A stretch of 64,000 nt of DNA. Source: Bdellovibrio sp. (GTDB lineage: Bacteria > Bdellovibrionota > Bdellovibrionia > Bdellovibrionales > Bdellovibrionaceae). The notes under the pieces are model-generated. The model was given only the letters and a program-made list of their open reading frames with translations. It was not told where the DNA came from and did not search any database. The position numbers and the translations under genes are program-made. The stretch is taken from positions 2,560,001 through 2,624,000 of the forward strand of contig JAKFCY010000002.1 of assembly GCA_036676395.1 (NCBI GenBank), written 5' to 3'. Position 1 is the first letter of the stretch; every line of letters begins with the position of its first letter. Below, piece after piece: positions 30,365 to 39,937 of this stretch.

Positions 30365-30934
30365 CTAGAAATTAAAATTAACACCTAATTTGAACGTGCT
30401 CACCCATACTGATTTGGGTAGATAAGCGTTCGACTGCATCATGCGACCGTCAAAGCCTGCGATAAAGTAATCTAAGCGAAAAAAAGCTAAACCACCAATC
30501 CCCATCACACTTTGCGATTCTGAAGAGTCTGTTTGTTGCTGTCCGTTTAACGATGTTTCAATTTCACTTTGGCTAGTACCAGCTAATACAAACCCCAAAA
30601 TTTCGATATTTGTATTCGGGGTAAGATTTGTGAACTCAAGTTTAGCTAAGCTATAACCAAGTAAGACATTCCACTCTTTAATTTCTGTTTTAACGCCCAA
30701 AGAAGACGACCCCGTGTTGTCATCTGTTGTGTTGTGCTCAATGCCTAATAAAAAACTTTGATACATATAATTGATCGCATAGTGCGTGTAACTGCGCACA
30801 TCGATATGCTGATCAGAACCTTCTTCGTAACGAAGCTGAATACCTGGAACATATATTTGTACTTCATTATTCTGCGCAGAAGCCAGAAGGCTTGAAAATA
30901 CTAAACTCACAAAAACTAATGAACGAAAAATCAT
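30365..30934 (-). CDS. Small outer-membrane beta-barrel protein
   Basis: Signal peptide (ASA), amphipathic strands, C-terminal KLGVNFNF. Confidence 0.7.
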   Translation of the reverse strand: MIFRSLVFVSLVFSSLLASAQNNEVQIYVPGIQLRYEEGSDQHIDVRSYTHYAINYMYQSFLLGIEHNTTDDNTGSSSLGVKTEIKEWNVLLGYSLAKLEFTNLTPNTNIEILGFVLAGTSQSEIETSLNGQQQTDSSESQSVMGIGGLAFFRLDYFIAGFDGRMMQSNAYLPKSVWVSTFKLGVNFNF

Positions 30935-32226
30935 GGTGTAATCACTTTATAAGATTCTAATTCTTGAACTTTTTCACAACTGTATTTAGCCGCGATCACA
31001 TCAGCTTTTTCTAATGGTGCATTTAAATACTGAATGATTAATTCACATTGTTCTTTAGATTGCAAACCAGAATCGCGCGCATCTACAGCTAAAAACAAAT
31101 CTCGTGTTGAAAGCTTGTCATTGCTCTTAAGAGTGATTGCTGATTTTCCCAGATTTTGCACAAAGCCAATCACAAATTGACTGACTTGGCGTTTAGCTTC
31201 AACCAGAGGTAAACCCTCTTGCTGCATTTTCACATACACCAGTTCTTTTAAAAAACGCGCGTACGGCGTGCCGATATCATAAATAAAATTTGATAACGCC
31301 ATTGATGGATCATCTGAAATACTTTGCGCTTCAACTACGGCCACTTCAATATCGCGATCAGATTTGTAACTGACTTTATCTGGTTTATTTAAACTGCGTT
31401 TTTTAGTGTGGCTTGATAGCGACCACTTTAAAAAATCCGGATCATCGGTGTAAGCCCAACCCCAAAAATCAGCTAAGCCTTCGTTGATTCCGCGTAAGTA
31501 AGTTTCATTAAATAATTCTTCGCCCGATAACTCTAATTGAATTTTAGAGGTTTTACCGCCCCAGCCTTCATAACTATGAACTGTCGTATCAGAAATACGC
31601 TGTGAAACAGCTAATTTTTTCTGACTAACAGGCCCTAAAACTTTATTGTAAAAGATCGAATGAAAAAATTCATGTGCGATAATTCCTGCATTGGCAGAGA
31701 TCGGCATTTCTTTAGCTGTGTACGGAACAAATAACATCGCCTTAGAGCGGCCATCAAAAAAAGCATTGTTATTCTGGATGGACTCGTCGCCTTTAATTTG
31801 CGTGTTTAATCCAATTTGCATTGGCGCTTTCATCGAGATTCCCAGATCTTGCGCCAAAGTGATTAGACTTTGCATGTGATAATAAATCGTTGCCATCTGT
31901 AAAGATAAGGCATCTTTGGCGATATAGGTTTGTTCTTTAGTTTTTGCAAAATACGCAACTGGTGAGCCACCATTTAATCGGCCTTCGACAAGCCCAGGAG
32001 CTAAGTAAAACTGCGCGTACTTGCCGCGCACTTCACGCAAAGTTGAGATCTCTTTAAGAGTCACAGTTTTTAAGCGGTATTGGGTATGGCCATCGCTGGT
32101 TTCGGATAGCGGAATTTGCACCGAAACATCTCCCATAGCCGGAGCCTCAGCTGGAGCCGGTTTGCAGCCAGTAAAACCGACTAAGAGTGCGCCTAAAAAT
32201 AGCATAGAAATTCGAGAGATATTCAT
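30931..32226 (-). CDS. Lipoprotein zinc metalloprotease, gluzincin (M4/M36-like)
   Basis: Lipobox FTGC; NNAFF, IIAHEFFH, GINEGLADFW. Confidence 0.8.
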   Translation of the reverse strand: MNISRISMLFLGALLVGFTGCKPAPAEAPAMGDVSVQIPLSETSDGHTQYRLKTVTLKEISTLREVRGKYAQFYLAPGLVEGRLNGGSPVAYFAKTKEQTYIAKDALSLQMATIYYHMQSLITLAQDLGISMKAPMQIGLNTQIKGDESIQNNNAFFDGRSKAMLFVPYTAKEMPISANAGIIAHEFFHSIFYNKVLGPVSQKKLAVSQRISDTTVHSYEGWGGKTSKIQLELSGEELFNETYLRGINEGLADFWGWAYTDDPDFLKWSLSSHTKKRSLNKPDKVSYKSDRDIEVAVVEAQSISDDPSMALSNFIYDIGTPYARFLKELVYVKMQQEGLPLVEAKRQVSQFVIGFVQNLGKSAITLKSNDKLSTRDLFLAVDARDSGLQSKEQCELIIQYLNAPLEKADVIAAKYSCEKVQELESYKVITP

Positions 32227-32273
32227 TGCGTCAAATATAGAGTATTTCGCTGAAATTCTCCACTTATAGGGGT

Positions 32274-34583
32274 ATGAATTATCCTCTTATGTCAGTCGTT
32301 GAAAACCTTACACGTAATTTGAACCCTACTCAAAAGAAAGCTGTCGAAACTTTAGACGGTGCTCTGTTGATCTTAGCCGGAGCCGGCTCTGGCAAGACCC
32401 GTGTACTGACTCATCGTATGGCTAATTTGATCGGTTCGGGTGTTTGTATGCCTGAAGAAATCCTGTGTGTGACCTTCACAAATAAGGCCGCGCAAGAGAT
32501 GGAACACCGTATTTACAACCTGCTTGTAGAGATCGGCGTGCCTGTAACTCGTGATTTATGGATCAGTACTTTTCATAGTTTCTGCGTGCGTATTTTACGT
32601 CGCCACGTTGAGCTTTTAGATTATAAAAAACCCTTCACGATCTATGATTCTTCAGACCAATTAGCCCAGATTAAAAAAGTGATGCAGGCCTTAAACATCA
32701 ACGACAAGATGTTTCCGCCAAAAAGCTTTCAACATCGCATCAGCAACTCAAAAATGTTGGGCTTAGCTCCTGAAAATTTACGTAATGGATCTAAGAACGT
32801 TATCGATCAGAAAACTTTAGAAGTTTACACGCGCTACGAAGAAGAAATGAAACGTGCGAATGCCCTAGATTTCGATGATTTATTATTAAAAACTTACGAC
32901 CTGTTTCGCATGTATCCAGATTTACTAACTGAATACCAAAATCAATTTCGCTACATCATGGTTGATGAGTATCAAGATACCAACCGTATTCAGTACCTCC
33001 TAGTGCAGCAGTTAGCTTCAGCCCATAAAAACTTATGTGTGGTGGGTGATGAAGATCAATCGATCTATTCTTGGCGTGGAGCTGATATCAGCAACATCTT
33101 AGATTTCGAAAAAGATTTTCCGAATGCAACAATTGTAAAACTTGAAGAAAACTACAGATCATCTGCAAACATTGTAACTGCAGCTACAAAAGTTATTTCA
33201 AACAATACTGAACGCAAAGATAAAACATTATTCACGAATAACGAACCCGGTGAATTAATTCATGTGCGCGAAGAGCGTAATGAATACGACGAAGCCAGAT
33301 ACGTGGCTAAATCAATCGAAGATTTAATGAATGCGGGCGAAAGTTTAAATAACTTCGCTATTTTTTACAGAACCAATGCGCAATCACGTGTTCTCGAAGA
33401 ACAATTACGTACACTCCTTATTCCCTACCGTTTAATCGGTGGAATTCGTTTCTATGAACGTGCCGAAGTCAAAGATGCGATCGCTTATTTAAGAATGGCG
33501 ATGAATTCAAGAGACGATATCGCCGTAAAACGCATTATCAATGTACCAGCCCGTGGTTTAGGAAAAACAACTGTCGAAAAAATTGATGAGATTGCGGCTA
33601 ACGAAAGAATTTCGTTTTTCGAAGCGATTCAAAAAGCCATTGATAGCCGCGAATTCAACGCAGGCACGACCGGCAAACTTCGCCGGTTTTATGAATTAGC
33701 TGAAGGTTTAATTTCGCAAAAAGACAGCTTCAAACTTTCTGAATTCTACACCATTGTTTTAGAACGTACTGAATACACAGCTCTTCTAAAAAAAGAAGAC
33801 ACTGCTGAAGCAGATGCTCGTATTAACAATTTACAAGAGTTAGAAAATGCGATGGTTCAATTTGAAAAAGAGCGCGGCGATGAAGCGACTTTATCAAATT
33901 ACTTAGAAGAAATGACCTTAGCTTCTGATCAGGATCAAGTGGATCAAAACCACAACGCCGTGACGATGATGACTTTGCATATCTCTAAAGGCTTAGAATA
34001 TCCTTACGTTTTTATTATAGGCTGCGAAGAAAGTTTATTTCCGTCTATTCGTGGTGGTGCAGATGAGATCGAAAATCATGATCTTGAAGAAGAACGCCGC
34101 TTAGCTTACGTAGGCATGACCCGCGCCCGTAAAAAGCTTTGGATGACTCACGCTAAGGTTCGCCGTGTGTGGGGCCAAGAGCAAATGAATCCAGTCTCAC
34201 GTTTTATTGGTGAGATTCCAAAAGAGTTAATCAAACAAAGTTCTGCGGTAACCGCATTTGGTGTAAATAGTTTTGCTTCAAAATATGGTTCACGTAATGA
34301 CGAATACGGTAGCTTTGGCCAAACCAACAGTTATGGCAAAAACAAATCAAACTCGTATGACGATGCTCAAAGCTTTCCAGATTATGACGAACACACACAA
34401 TCCGCGACAGCAGCCAGAAATGGCGGATACGCTAAGGGCATGAAAGTGCGCCATCCTACATTTGGCCCCGGGTCGATCTTTGAAACCGAAGGTTCAGGCG
34501 AGAATTTAAAGATTAGTGTGTTATTTCAAGATAATACGATCAAGAAGTTCGTAGCCAAGTATGCTCGCCTAGAGCGCCTATAA
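32274..34583 (+). CDS. uvrD: ATP-dependent DNA helicase UvrD/PcrA
   Basis: AGAGSGKT, TFTNKAA, DEYQDTN, VGDEDQSIY, EERRLAYVGMTRA, C-terminal Tudor-like VRHPTFG. Confidence 0.96.
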   Translation: MNYPLMSVVENLTRNLNPTQKKAVETLDGALLILAGAGSGKTRVLTHRMANLIGSGVCMPEEILCVTFTNKAAQEMEHRIYNLLVEIGVPVTRDLWISTFHSFCVRILRRHVELLDYKKPFTIYDSSDQLAQIKKVMQALNINDKMFPPKSFQHRISNSKMLGLAPENLRNGSKNVIDQKTLEVYTRYEEEMKRANALDFDDLLLKTYDLFRMYPDLLTEYQNQFRYIMVDEYQDTNRIQYLLVQQLASAHKNLCVVGDEDQSIYSWRGADISNILDFEKDFPNATIVKLEENYRSSANIVTAATKVISNNTERKDKTLFTNNEPGELIHVREERNEYDEARYVAKSIEDLMNAGESLNNFAIFYRTNAQSRVLEEQLRTLLIPYRLIGGIRFYERAEVKDAIAYLRMAMNSRDDIAVKRIINVPARGLGKTTVEKIDEIAANERISFFEAIQKAIDSREFNAGTTGKLRRFYELAEGLISQKDSFKLSEFYTIVLERTEYTALLKKEDTAEADARINNLQELENAMVQFEKERGDEATLSNYLEEMTLASDQDQVDQNHNAVTMMTLHISKGLEYPYVFIIGCEESLFPSIRGGADEIENHDLEEERRLAYVGMTRARKKLWMTHAKVRRVWGQEQMNPVSRFIGEIPKELIKQSSAVTAFGVNSFASKYGSRNDEYGSFGQTNSYGKNKSNSYDDAQSFPDYDEHTQSATAARNGGYAKGMKVRHPTFGPGSIFETEGSGENLKISVLFQDNTIKKFVAKYARLERL

Positions 34584-34691
34584 TAACAGCACTCGAATCA
34601 TGAATTTTACTTATCGTATTATTACTTAAATAGAATTGAGTTTCGTTCTTAAGTTAGGTAACTATCCCCATCACTTTCGAGGGGAATTCTC

Positions 34692-37157
34692 ATGAAGTTA
34701 CAAATTACTTTATTATTCATTTTGGCCTTAGCTTTTTCTGCATGTTCGAAAAACTCAACTGAATCAGTTGTCGCAAATATCGACCAAGTTGAATTATCTC
34801 ATAAGCTGACAGCTCCTGTTGAACCAAGCCAATGGGCACAACACATGACGCCTTCTACGAAAGAAGTTAAGACGTCGGTTAAGTTTAATAAAAGCGCGAT
34901 CTTTGATCGTGATTTTTTATACGGCGCCGATCTACAGCATTCGACAATCTATGATGCTGATTCAATGTTATATGACCAAGTTTATTCTATGGGGCACGAA
35001 ATCGCGTTCTTTCGTAAAGTGGGCCAGTACTTACAACTTGTGGCTGAACAATCTTGGAAATTCGAATCAGATGTTAATAAACCAGAGCGTTTAATTAACG
35101 AATTTTTTATCTTAGACGAAACAGATACAACAATCACCGTTGATGTCAGCAACCCGTCTCCGGTATTACGCCAGATGTTCTGGGGTTCACAAACTGATCA
35201 AACTCGCACATCTTGGTTACGTTCAGTTCAGTTTGATCCAAACGGCAATTACCTTTTAATGGAATCTTCGATCGAAACTTTAAAAGGTGACATCGTTGAA
35301 CACATGGAAAGTTTATTTCCGCGCGAAAATTTAGTTTCTGAAAAAACAACGCCATTTTGGTTAACTGATACTGAAGCCTTAGCTAAGCGTTTTGAGTTCT
35401 TAGCTTGGTTTCCGGTATTTCGCCAAACGGATGCAGGCCGTGTAGCTGCTCCTGCAGCTTTCAAATTCGATATCACTAAAACTAAAACAGTAAAGTGGTA
35501 TGTGACTGCCAATGTGCCTGACGATATCCTGCGCGACGTACAAACTTCTGTTGAAGGCTGGAACCGCTACTTTCAAAAAATGTGGGGTAAAGACGGTTTA
35601 GTATTTGCCGGAAAACTTCCTGAACACGCAAAACTTGGTGATCCTCGTTACAACGTGATCGTTTGGGATAACGTACAGGATGGCGACGCCGCTTATGAAT
35701 CACAAGCTGTTGATCCATTAACAGGTATTCAATCACATTCGAATATATATATTCCGTTTTCTTGGTTAAAAACAGCCACTGAATACTGGACTGACGGTCA
35801 ATTCGCTAATCACGACGAAGACGCTGAAGCCAAAATCACAAAACAACAAAAGTGGTTATCTTCTAAGTCGTTTATGGGATCACCTTTACGTTTTGGTTGT
35901 TATCGCGATCTTTCAAAAATCGTTCTTAACGGTCAGCAAAAATCTAAAGAAGAATTACACATCTTAGCGCGCGATGTTTTAAAAGCCGTGATCATGCACG
36001 AAGTAGGTCACGCACTGGGTATGGGTCATAACTTTAAAGGTTCATTATACAATGAAGATGGTCAGTTCACTTCTAGTATTATGGATTACAACCATTACAA
36101 TTTAGAACGCCCTATCTTTGATAACGTTGATTCTGCCAATGGCCCGATCTTAGAATACGATCGCCAGTTTATTGATGCACTTTACAATAACGGTGAAACG
36201 TTAGAAGAAAGCCCCGTGCTTCCATCTTGTGACGATGCCGAAGCAGACACTACCGCAGGTGGTGTTGATCCAACGTGCAGCCGCTACGATGCAGGTTCTA
36301 ATCCGTACAACTGGATGTTAGAAACAATTCAGTTAATCGAAAAGCCTTCGTACACATTAGGTTACATGAAAAGTTTAACTGAGGCTTTAGCCGATGTTCA
36401 AACTTCACTGACTGCAACCGAAGAAGTAGCTACAAAAGAAGATTACGAAACTGTTCGTGATGACTTTTTTACCCGTGAATCGGCACTATTTGATTTCTAC
36501 GCTTTTGCCGGCGCTCACAGCTTACGTTATTTAACGACGATCAATTTAAAAACATTAAAAAACGTAGCTCCGGGTATTTTAGAAAACACGGCGTTCAACG
36601 AAGTTAATCTTCGTAACCAAGTGCTTTCAAGCCTAGAATACATCTACACTTTACAAGCTGTTCCTGCGGCACCGCTGGCGCAATTAGAAGCAAATGTATC
36701 TGCATTCACAAAATGGGTGCAAACAACGAAATACTTTGCGGCTCTTGATTTAAATGCTCAGGCTGTTTTAGTAAATGAACTGCAAGATAAAAATAAAGAA
36801 GTAATCACGCATGTTCAAACTGTGACATTCACAAAAGTTCGTCAGCGTATTGCTGCTAACTTAGCTCACGATGAAACAAATGCTTATTACTTCTCATCTG
36901 AAGCAAATTTAGATGTTGAGACTTACGTTGTAGAACTATTAAAGAAACTTGCGATCACTAAATCGCAAGGTGACTTTGTTAGATCAAACGACGAAAGAAA
37001 AGCAGCCATCGCAAGCTTCATGACTTTCCGTGCAGCTAACATCGCCGATGCCGCCTCAGCTGAAGAAATCTCGACAGTTTTAAAAGCAGATCTTAAAGCC
37101 GCAAAAAATTCTCAGGAGCGCACAACTCTTAGAGCGTTACTTGCGATGGTCTATTAA
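34692..37157 (+). CDS. Lipoprotein metzincin metalloprotease (EcxA/DUF4953-like)
   Basis: Lipobox FSAC; GDPRYNVIVW; HEVGHALGMGHNF; Met-turn SSIMDY. Confidence 0.85.
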   Translation: MKLQITLLFILALAFSACSKNSTESVVANIDQVELSHKLTAPVEPSQWAQHMTPSTKEVKTSVKFNKSAIFDRDFLYGADLQHSTIYDADSMLYDQVYSMGHEIAFFRKVGQYLQLVAEQSWKFESDVNKPERLINEFFILDETDTTITVDVSNPSPVLRQMFWGSQTDQTRTSWLRSVQFDPNGNYLLMESSIETLKGDIVEHMESLFPRENLVSEKTTPFWLTDTEALAKRFEFLAWFPVFRQTDAGRVAAPAAFKFDITKTKTVKWYVTANVPDDILRDVQTSVEGWNRYFQKMWGKDGLVFAGKLPEHAKLGDPRYNVIVWDNVQDGDAAYESQAVDPLTGIQSHSNIYIPFSWLKTATEYWTDGQFANHDEDAEAKITKQQKWLSSKSFMGSPLRFGCYRDLSKIVLNGQQKSKEELHILARDVLKAVIMHEVGHALGMGHNFKGSLYNEDGQFTSSIMDYNHYNLERPIFDNVDSANGPILEYDRQFIDALYNNGETLEESPVLPSCDDAEADTTAGGVDPTCSRYDAGSNPYNWMLETIQLIEKPSYTLGYMKSLTEALADVQTSLTATEEVATKEDYETVRDDFFTRESALFDFYAFAGAHSLRYLTTINLKTLKNVAPGILENTAFNEVNLRNQVLSSLEYIYTLQAVPAAPLAQLEANVSAFTKWVQTTKYFAALDLNAQAVLVNELQDKNKEVITHVQTVTFTKVRQRIAANLAHDETNAYYFSSEANLDVETYVVELLKKLAITKSQGDFVRSNDERKAAIASFMTFRAANIADAASAEEISTVLKADLKAAKNSQERTTLRALLAMVY

Positions 37158-37818
37158 GATCATCTTTATCCCATAGACGCATTTCACGCGCTCTCTCTTT
37201 GAGAAAGCGCATTTGTCTAAAGTATTCCTGCATAATTGTTCGAAGCTCATGCCCGTGACCGCGGGCCCAGTCGCGCTGCATTTCGCACGCTATCGCCAAT
37301 GCCGTAACCGGAATTGCTCCGGCCTGAACCATACGTTGAATCGCCGCTTCGTGACTTTCTTGCGTGACCCCACCGATGGCATCAATCACGGGGTAAACTT
37401 CATAACCATCTTTAATCGCATCCAGAGTTGGGTAAGCCACGCACACTTCAGTCCACAGACCTGACATAATTATTTTTTTACGCCCTGTTTGCGCAATCGC
37501 ACTGACAAAATTTTCGTCTTCCCACGCATTTAAAGTGGTGCGGTCAATTTCGATCTGCGGAGGCAAAGCATCGATTAAATCTTTATGCGTACCCTGATTT
37601 ACACCAAGTTGTACACCGACAGTTGTTACCACTGTCGGAACATTAAAAGCTTTCGCGATCTTTCCCAGAGTGACTACATTCAGAAGTAACTCACTCGCTG
37701 TTTTTGAACCCACACCGCGAAATTGTTCGGGCTGGTAATCAATAAAAGCGATGACTGAATTTTCTGGTGTAATTAAATGATCTTTTTTCGCATTACGAAT
37801 AGATGCAAGCTGCGCCAT
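37129..37818 (-). CDS. YcaC-like isochorismatase-family hydrolase
   Basis: FIDYQP, NAWED, GLWTEVCV, EMQRDWAR. Confidence 0.9.
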   Translation of the reverse strand: MAQLASIRNAKKDHLITPENSVIAFIDYQPEQFRGVGSKTASELLLNVVTLGKIAKAFNVPTVVTTVGVQLGVNQGTHKDLIDALPPQIEIDRTTLNAWEDENFVSAIAQTGRKKIIMSGLWTEVCVAYPTLDAIKDGYEVYPVIDAIGGVTQESHEAAIQRMVQAGAIPVTALAIACEMQRDWARGHGHELRTIMQEYFRQMRFLKERAREMRLWDKDDLNRPSQVTL

Positions 37819-37898
37819 TCCTGACCTCCCAATAGATTCAGTGAGGCAAAACGACTCATAGTCGGCCTCTATCTTAGGGATTATGCAAAGGCGCTGCC

Positions 37899-38711
37899 TC
37901 AGTAAAGATCAAGAATGACATATTCAGGTATAGCGTTGATTCGCACAGGTAAAATGCTTGTACCAATTCCGCGACTCACGAAAAGCTTACCCATCGGAAA
38001 ATCAATCCAACCTTTGGCCCAACTTTTCGGGGCCGCACCTGGCGTAACTGGTGCGCCAAATCCTGGAATGAAAATCTGGCCACCGTGCATGTGACCGGCT
38101 AAAGCTAAACTATAATGATGTTTTATTTTTAATAGTGCCGCAGGATCATGCATGAAAACAAGTCTTGGTGTCTCTCCGTAAACTTTAGAAAATGATTTTT
38201 CTGTATCTGCGTGTTCAGTGAAATCATCACCGATTCCAATGAGCCAAAAAGTTTTTTCCTTATGTTTTAAAAAAACTGAATCATTTTCTAAAACACGCAG
38301 CCCATTTTCCTCTAGTACTTTGCGAATATTTTCGCCGTCGTTCCACCAATCATGATTACCAAGAGTTACATATGTACCTAGCGGCGAAGAAAGCTCTTTG
38401 AGATAAACGACTAACTGTTCGATATCCATTTTTTTGCCGCCTGGCACTCCGTTTATTACAAGATCACCGCCGATTAAAATAATATCCGGCTTTTGTTCAT
38501 TAATACGACGAACTAAATTTTTAATGTAATCTTTTGAAATATGCGGAGAACCTGCATGTAAATCAGAGAAAAAAGCTATTTTCAAAACGGGGCCTTGCCA
38601 CGAAAAATCCTGATCATTTTGAACTAACAATCTCGGCTCGATAAGCACGCCCCAGATTGCGAGAATAATGCTTATAAAAACTAATAAAACAGTGAGCCTT
38701 CTTAATTTCAT
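37899..38711 (-). CDS. Membrane-anchored metallophosphoesterase (YkuE/YaeI-like)
   Basis: SDLH, GGD, GNHD, HDP, GHMHGGQ, VSRGIG. Confidence 0.9.
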   Translation of the reverse strand: MKLRRLTVLLVFISIILAIWGVLIEPRLLVQNDQDFSWQGPVLKIAFFSDLHAGSPHISKDYIKNLVRRINEQKPDIILIGGDLVINGVPGGKKMDIEQLVVYLKELSSPLGTYVTLGNHDWWNDGENIRKVLEENGLRVLENDSVFLKHKEKTFWLIGIGDDFTEHADTEKSFSKVYGETPRLVFMHDPAALLKIKHHYSLALAGHMHGGQIFIPGFGAPVTPGAAPKSWAKGWIDFPMGKLFVSRGIGTSILPVRINAIPEYVILDLY

Positions 38712-39922
38712 TTATTTTTTGAAGCTTTAACTTCTTCCCATTCAGGAATATACATTTCGGCATCGATCGGTTTTACAATCTTTCCTGCGCTAGGATTTTT
38801 ATAAACCGAATCTACGCCGTCAAAACCGGTAAACGTGCGCTCTGCTTCAGAAACTGAAGTTTCAAATTTCGGGACGTAATAGGCTTTGCCGCCGCCATCC
38901 GGAATATCTACAGACAGATTCGGCATCGCAAGGCCCGATAAATGGCCCCATAATTCTTTTTGAATTTCTAACGAGTCATCAATTGATGTGCGTAAGTGGT
39001 CAGTACCGATCGAAGGATCGCACTGAAACATATAATAAGGCTTAGCCCGTAAAAATAATAGTCTGCGCGAAAGCGCTTGCACGATCGCTGGGTGATTGTT
39101 CACGCCGTTTAATAACACCATCTGATTCATCACAGGGATTCCGTGATCAACAAACATCTCTACAGCCTGAGTTGATTCTGCGGTTAATTCACGCGGGTGA
39201 TTAAAATGAGTCATTAAAAACACGGGTTTATGTTTTCGTAAAATTTTAACTAAGTTTTCTGTTATACGCATCGGAGCCACAACCGGCATACGTGTGCCGA
39301 TACGAATGATTTCGATATGTTCGATTTTACGTAAATCAGATAATACGCGTTCTAACTGCGAATCAGAAACTGTTAACGGATCGCCGCCTGATAAAATAAT
39401 TTCGCGAAGGCCTTTGGTGTTTCTGAAATACTCTAAAGCATTTTCGTATTCAGAGTTTTTGATAAAAGCCTGATCACTGCCCGTGAAATGTTTTCTGGTG
39501 CAGTAACGGCAATACACTGAACAAATATCGGTAATTAAAAATAAGGCGCGATCAGAATAACGGTGCACCACGCGGGCCACCGGATTATTTGAATTTTTTC
39601 TTTCGCCCAAAGGATCAAGCTGGGCTTGCACTTGCTCAGATAATTCTGCGGCATGTGGCATTAAGATTCTGCGAATCGGATCTTGCTCTACCGTTGGGTG
39701 CGCAAGGCTTGCGTAATAAGGTGTGGCACGAATATTAAAAACTTGTTTGGCATCTTTGGCTTCGTTTGAACGAAACGCGATCGATTCATTTTCAGAAAGC
39801 GTAAAGTGAGTTTGAAAATCAGTTAATGATTTCATCGACTGGCGCAGTTGCCAGTTCCAATCCATCCAATCAGATGGGTTGATATTTTCAGGTTTTGGGG
39901 CTGAATCAAACTTGATCTTCAC
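38708..39922 (-). CDS. kamA: KamA-family radical SAM enzyme (lysine 2,3-aminomutase-like)
   Basis: WMDWNWQL, HRYSDR, CSVYCRYCTRK, LSGGDPL, HFNHPRE, DIPDGGGK (PLP lysine). Confidence 0.88.
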   Translation of the reverse strand: MKIKFDSAPKPENINPSDWMDWNWQLRQSMKSLTDFQTHFTLSENESIAFRSNEAKDAKQVFNIRATPYYASLAHPTVEQDPIRRILMPHAAELSEQVQAQLDPLGERKNSNNPVARVVHRYSDRALFLITDICSVYCRYCTRKHFTGSDQAFIKNSEYENALEYFRNTKGLREIILSGGDPLTVSDSQLERVLSDLRKIEHIEIIRIGTRMPVVAPMRITENLVKILRKHKPVFLMTHFNHPRELTAESTQAVEMFVDHGIPVMNQMVLLNGVNNHPAIVQALSRRLLFLRAKPYYMFQCDPSIGTDHLRTSIDDSLEIQKELWGHLSGLAMPNLSVDIPDGGGKAYYVPKFETSVSEAERTFTGFDGVDSVYKNPSAGKIVKPIDAEMYIPEWEEVKASKNK

Positions 39923-39937
39923 ACCCCAAGATATAGC

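Noticed and set aside
37129..37157. 29-nt convergent overlap between the metalloprotease and YcaC-like genes
   Set aside because: Short tail-to-tail overlaps are common in compact genomes; no further signal.
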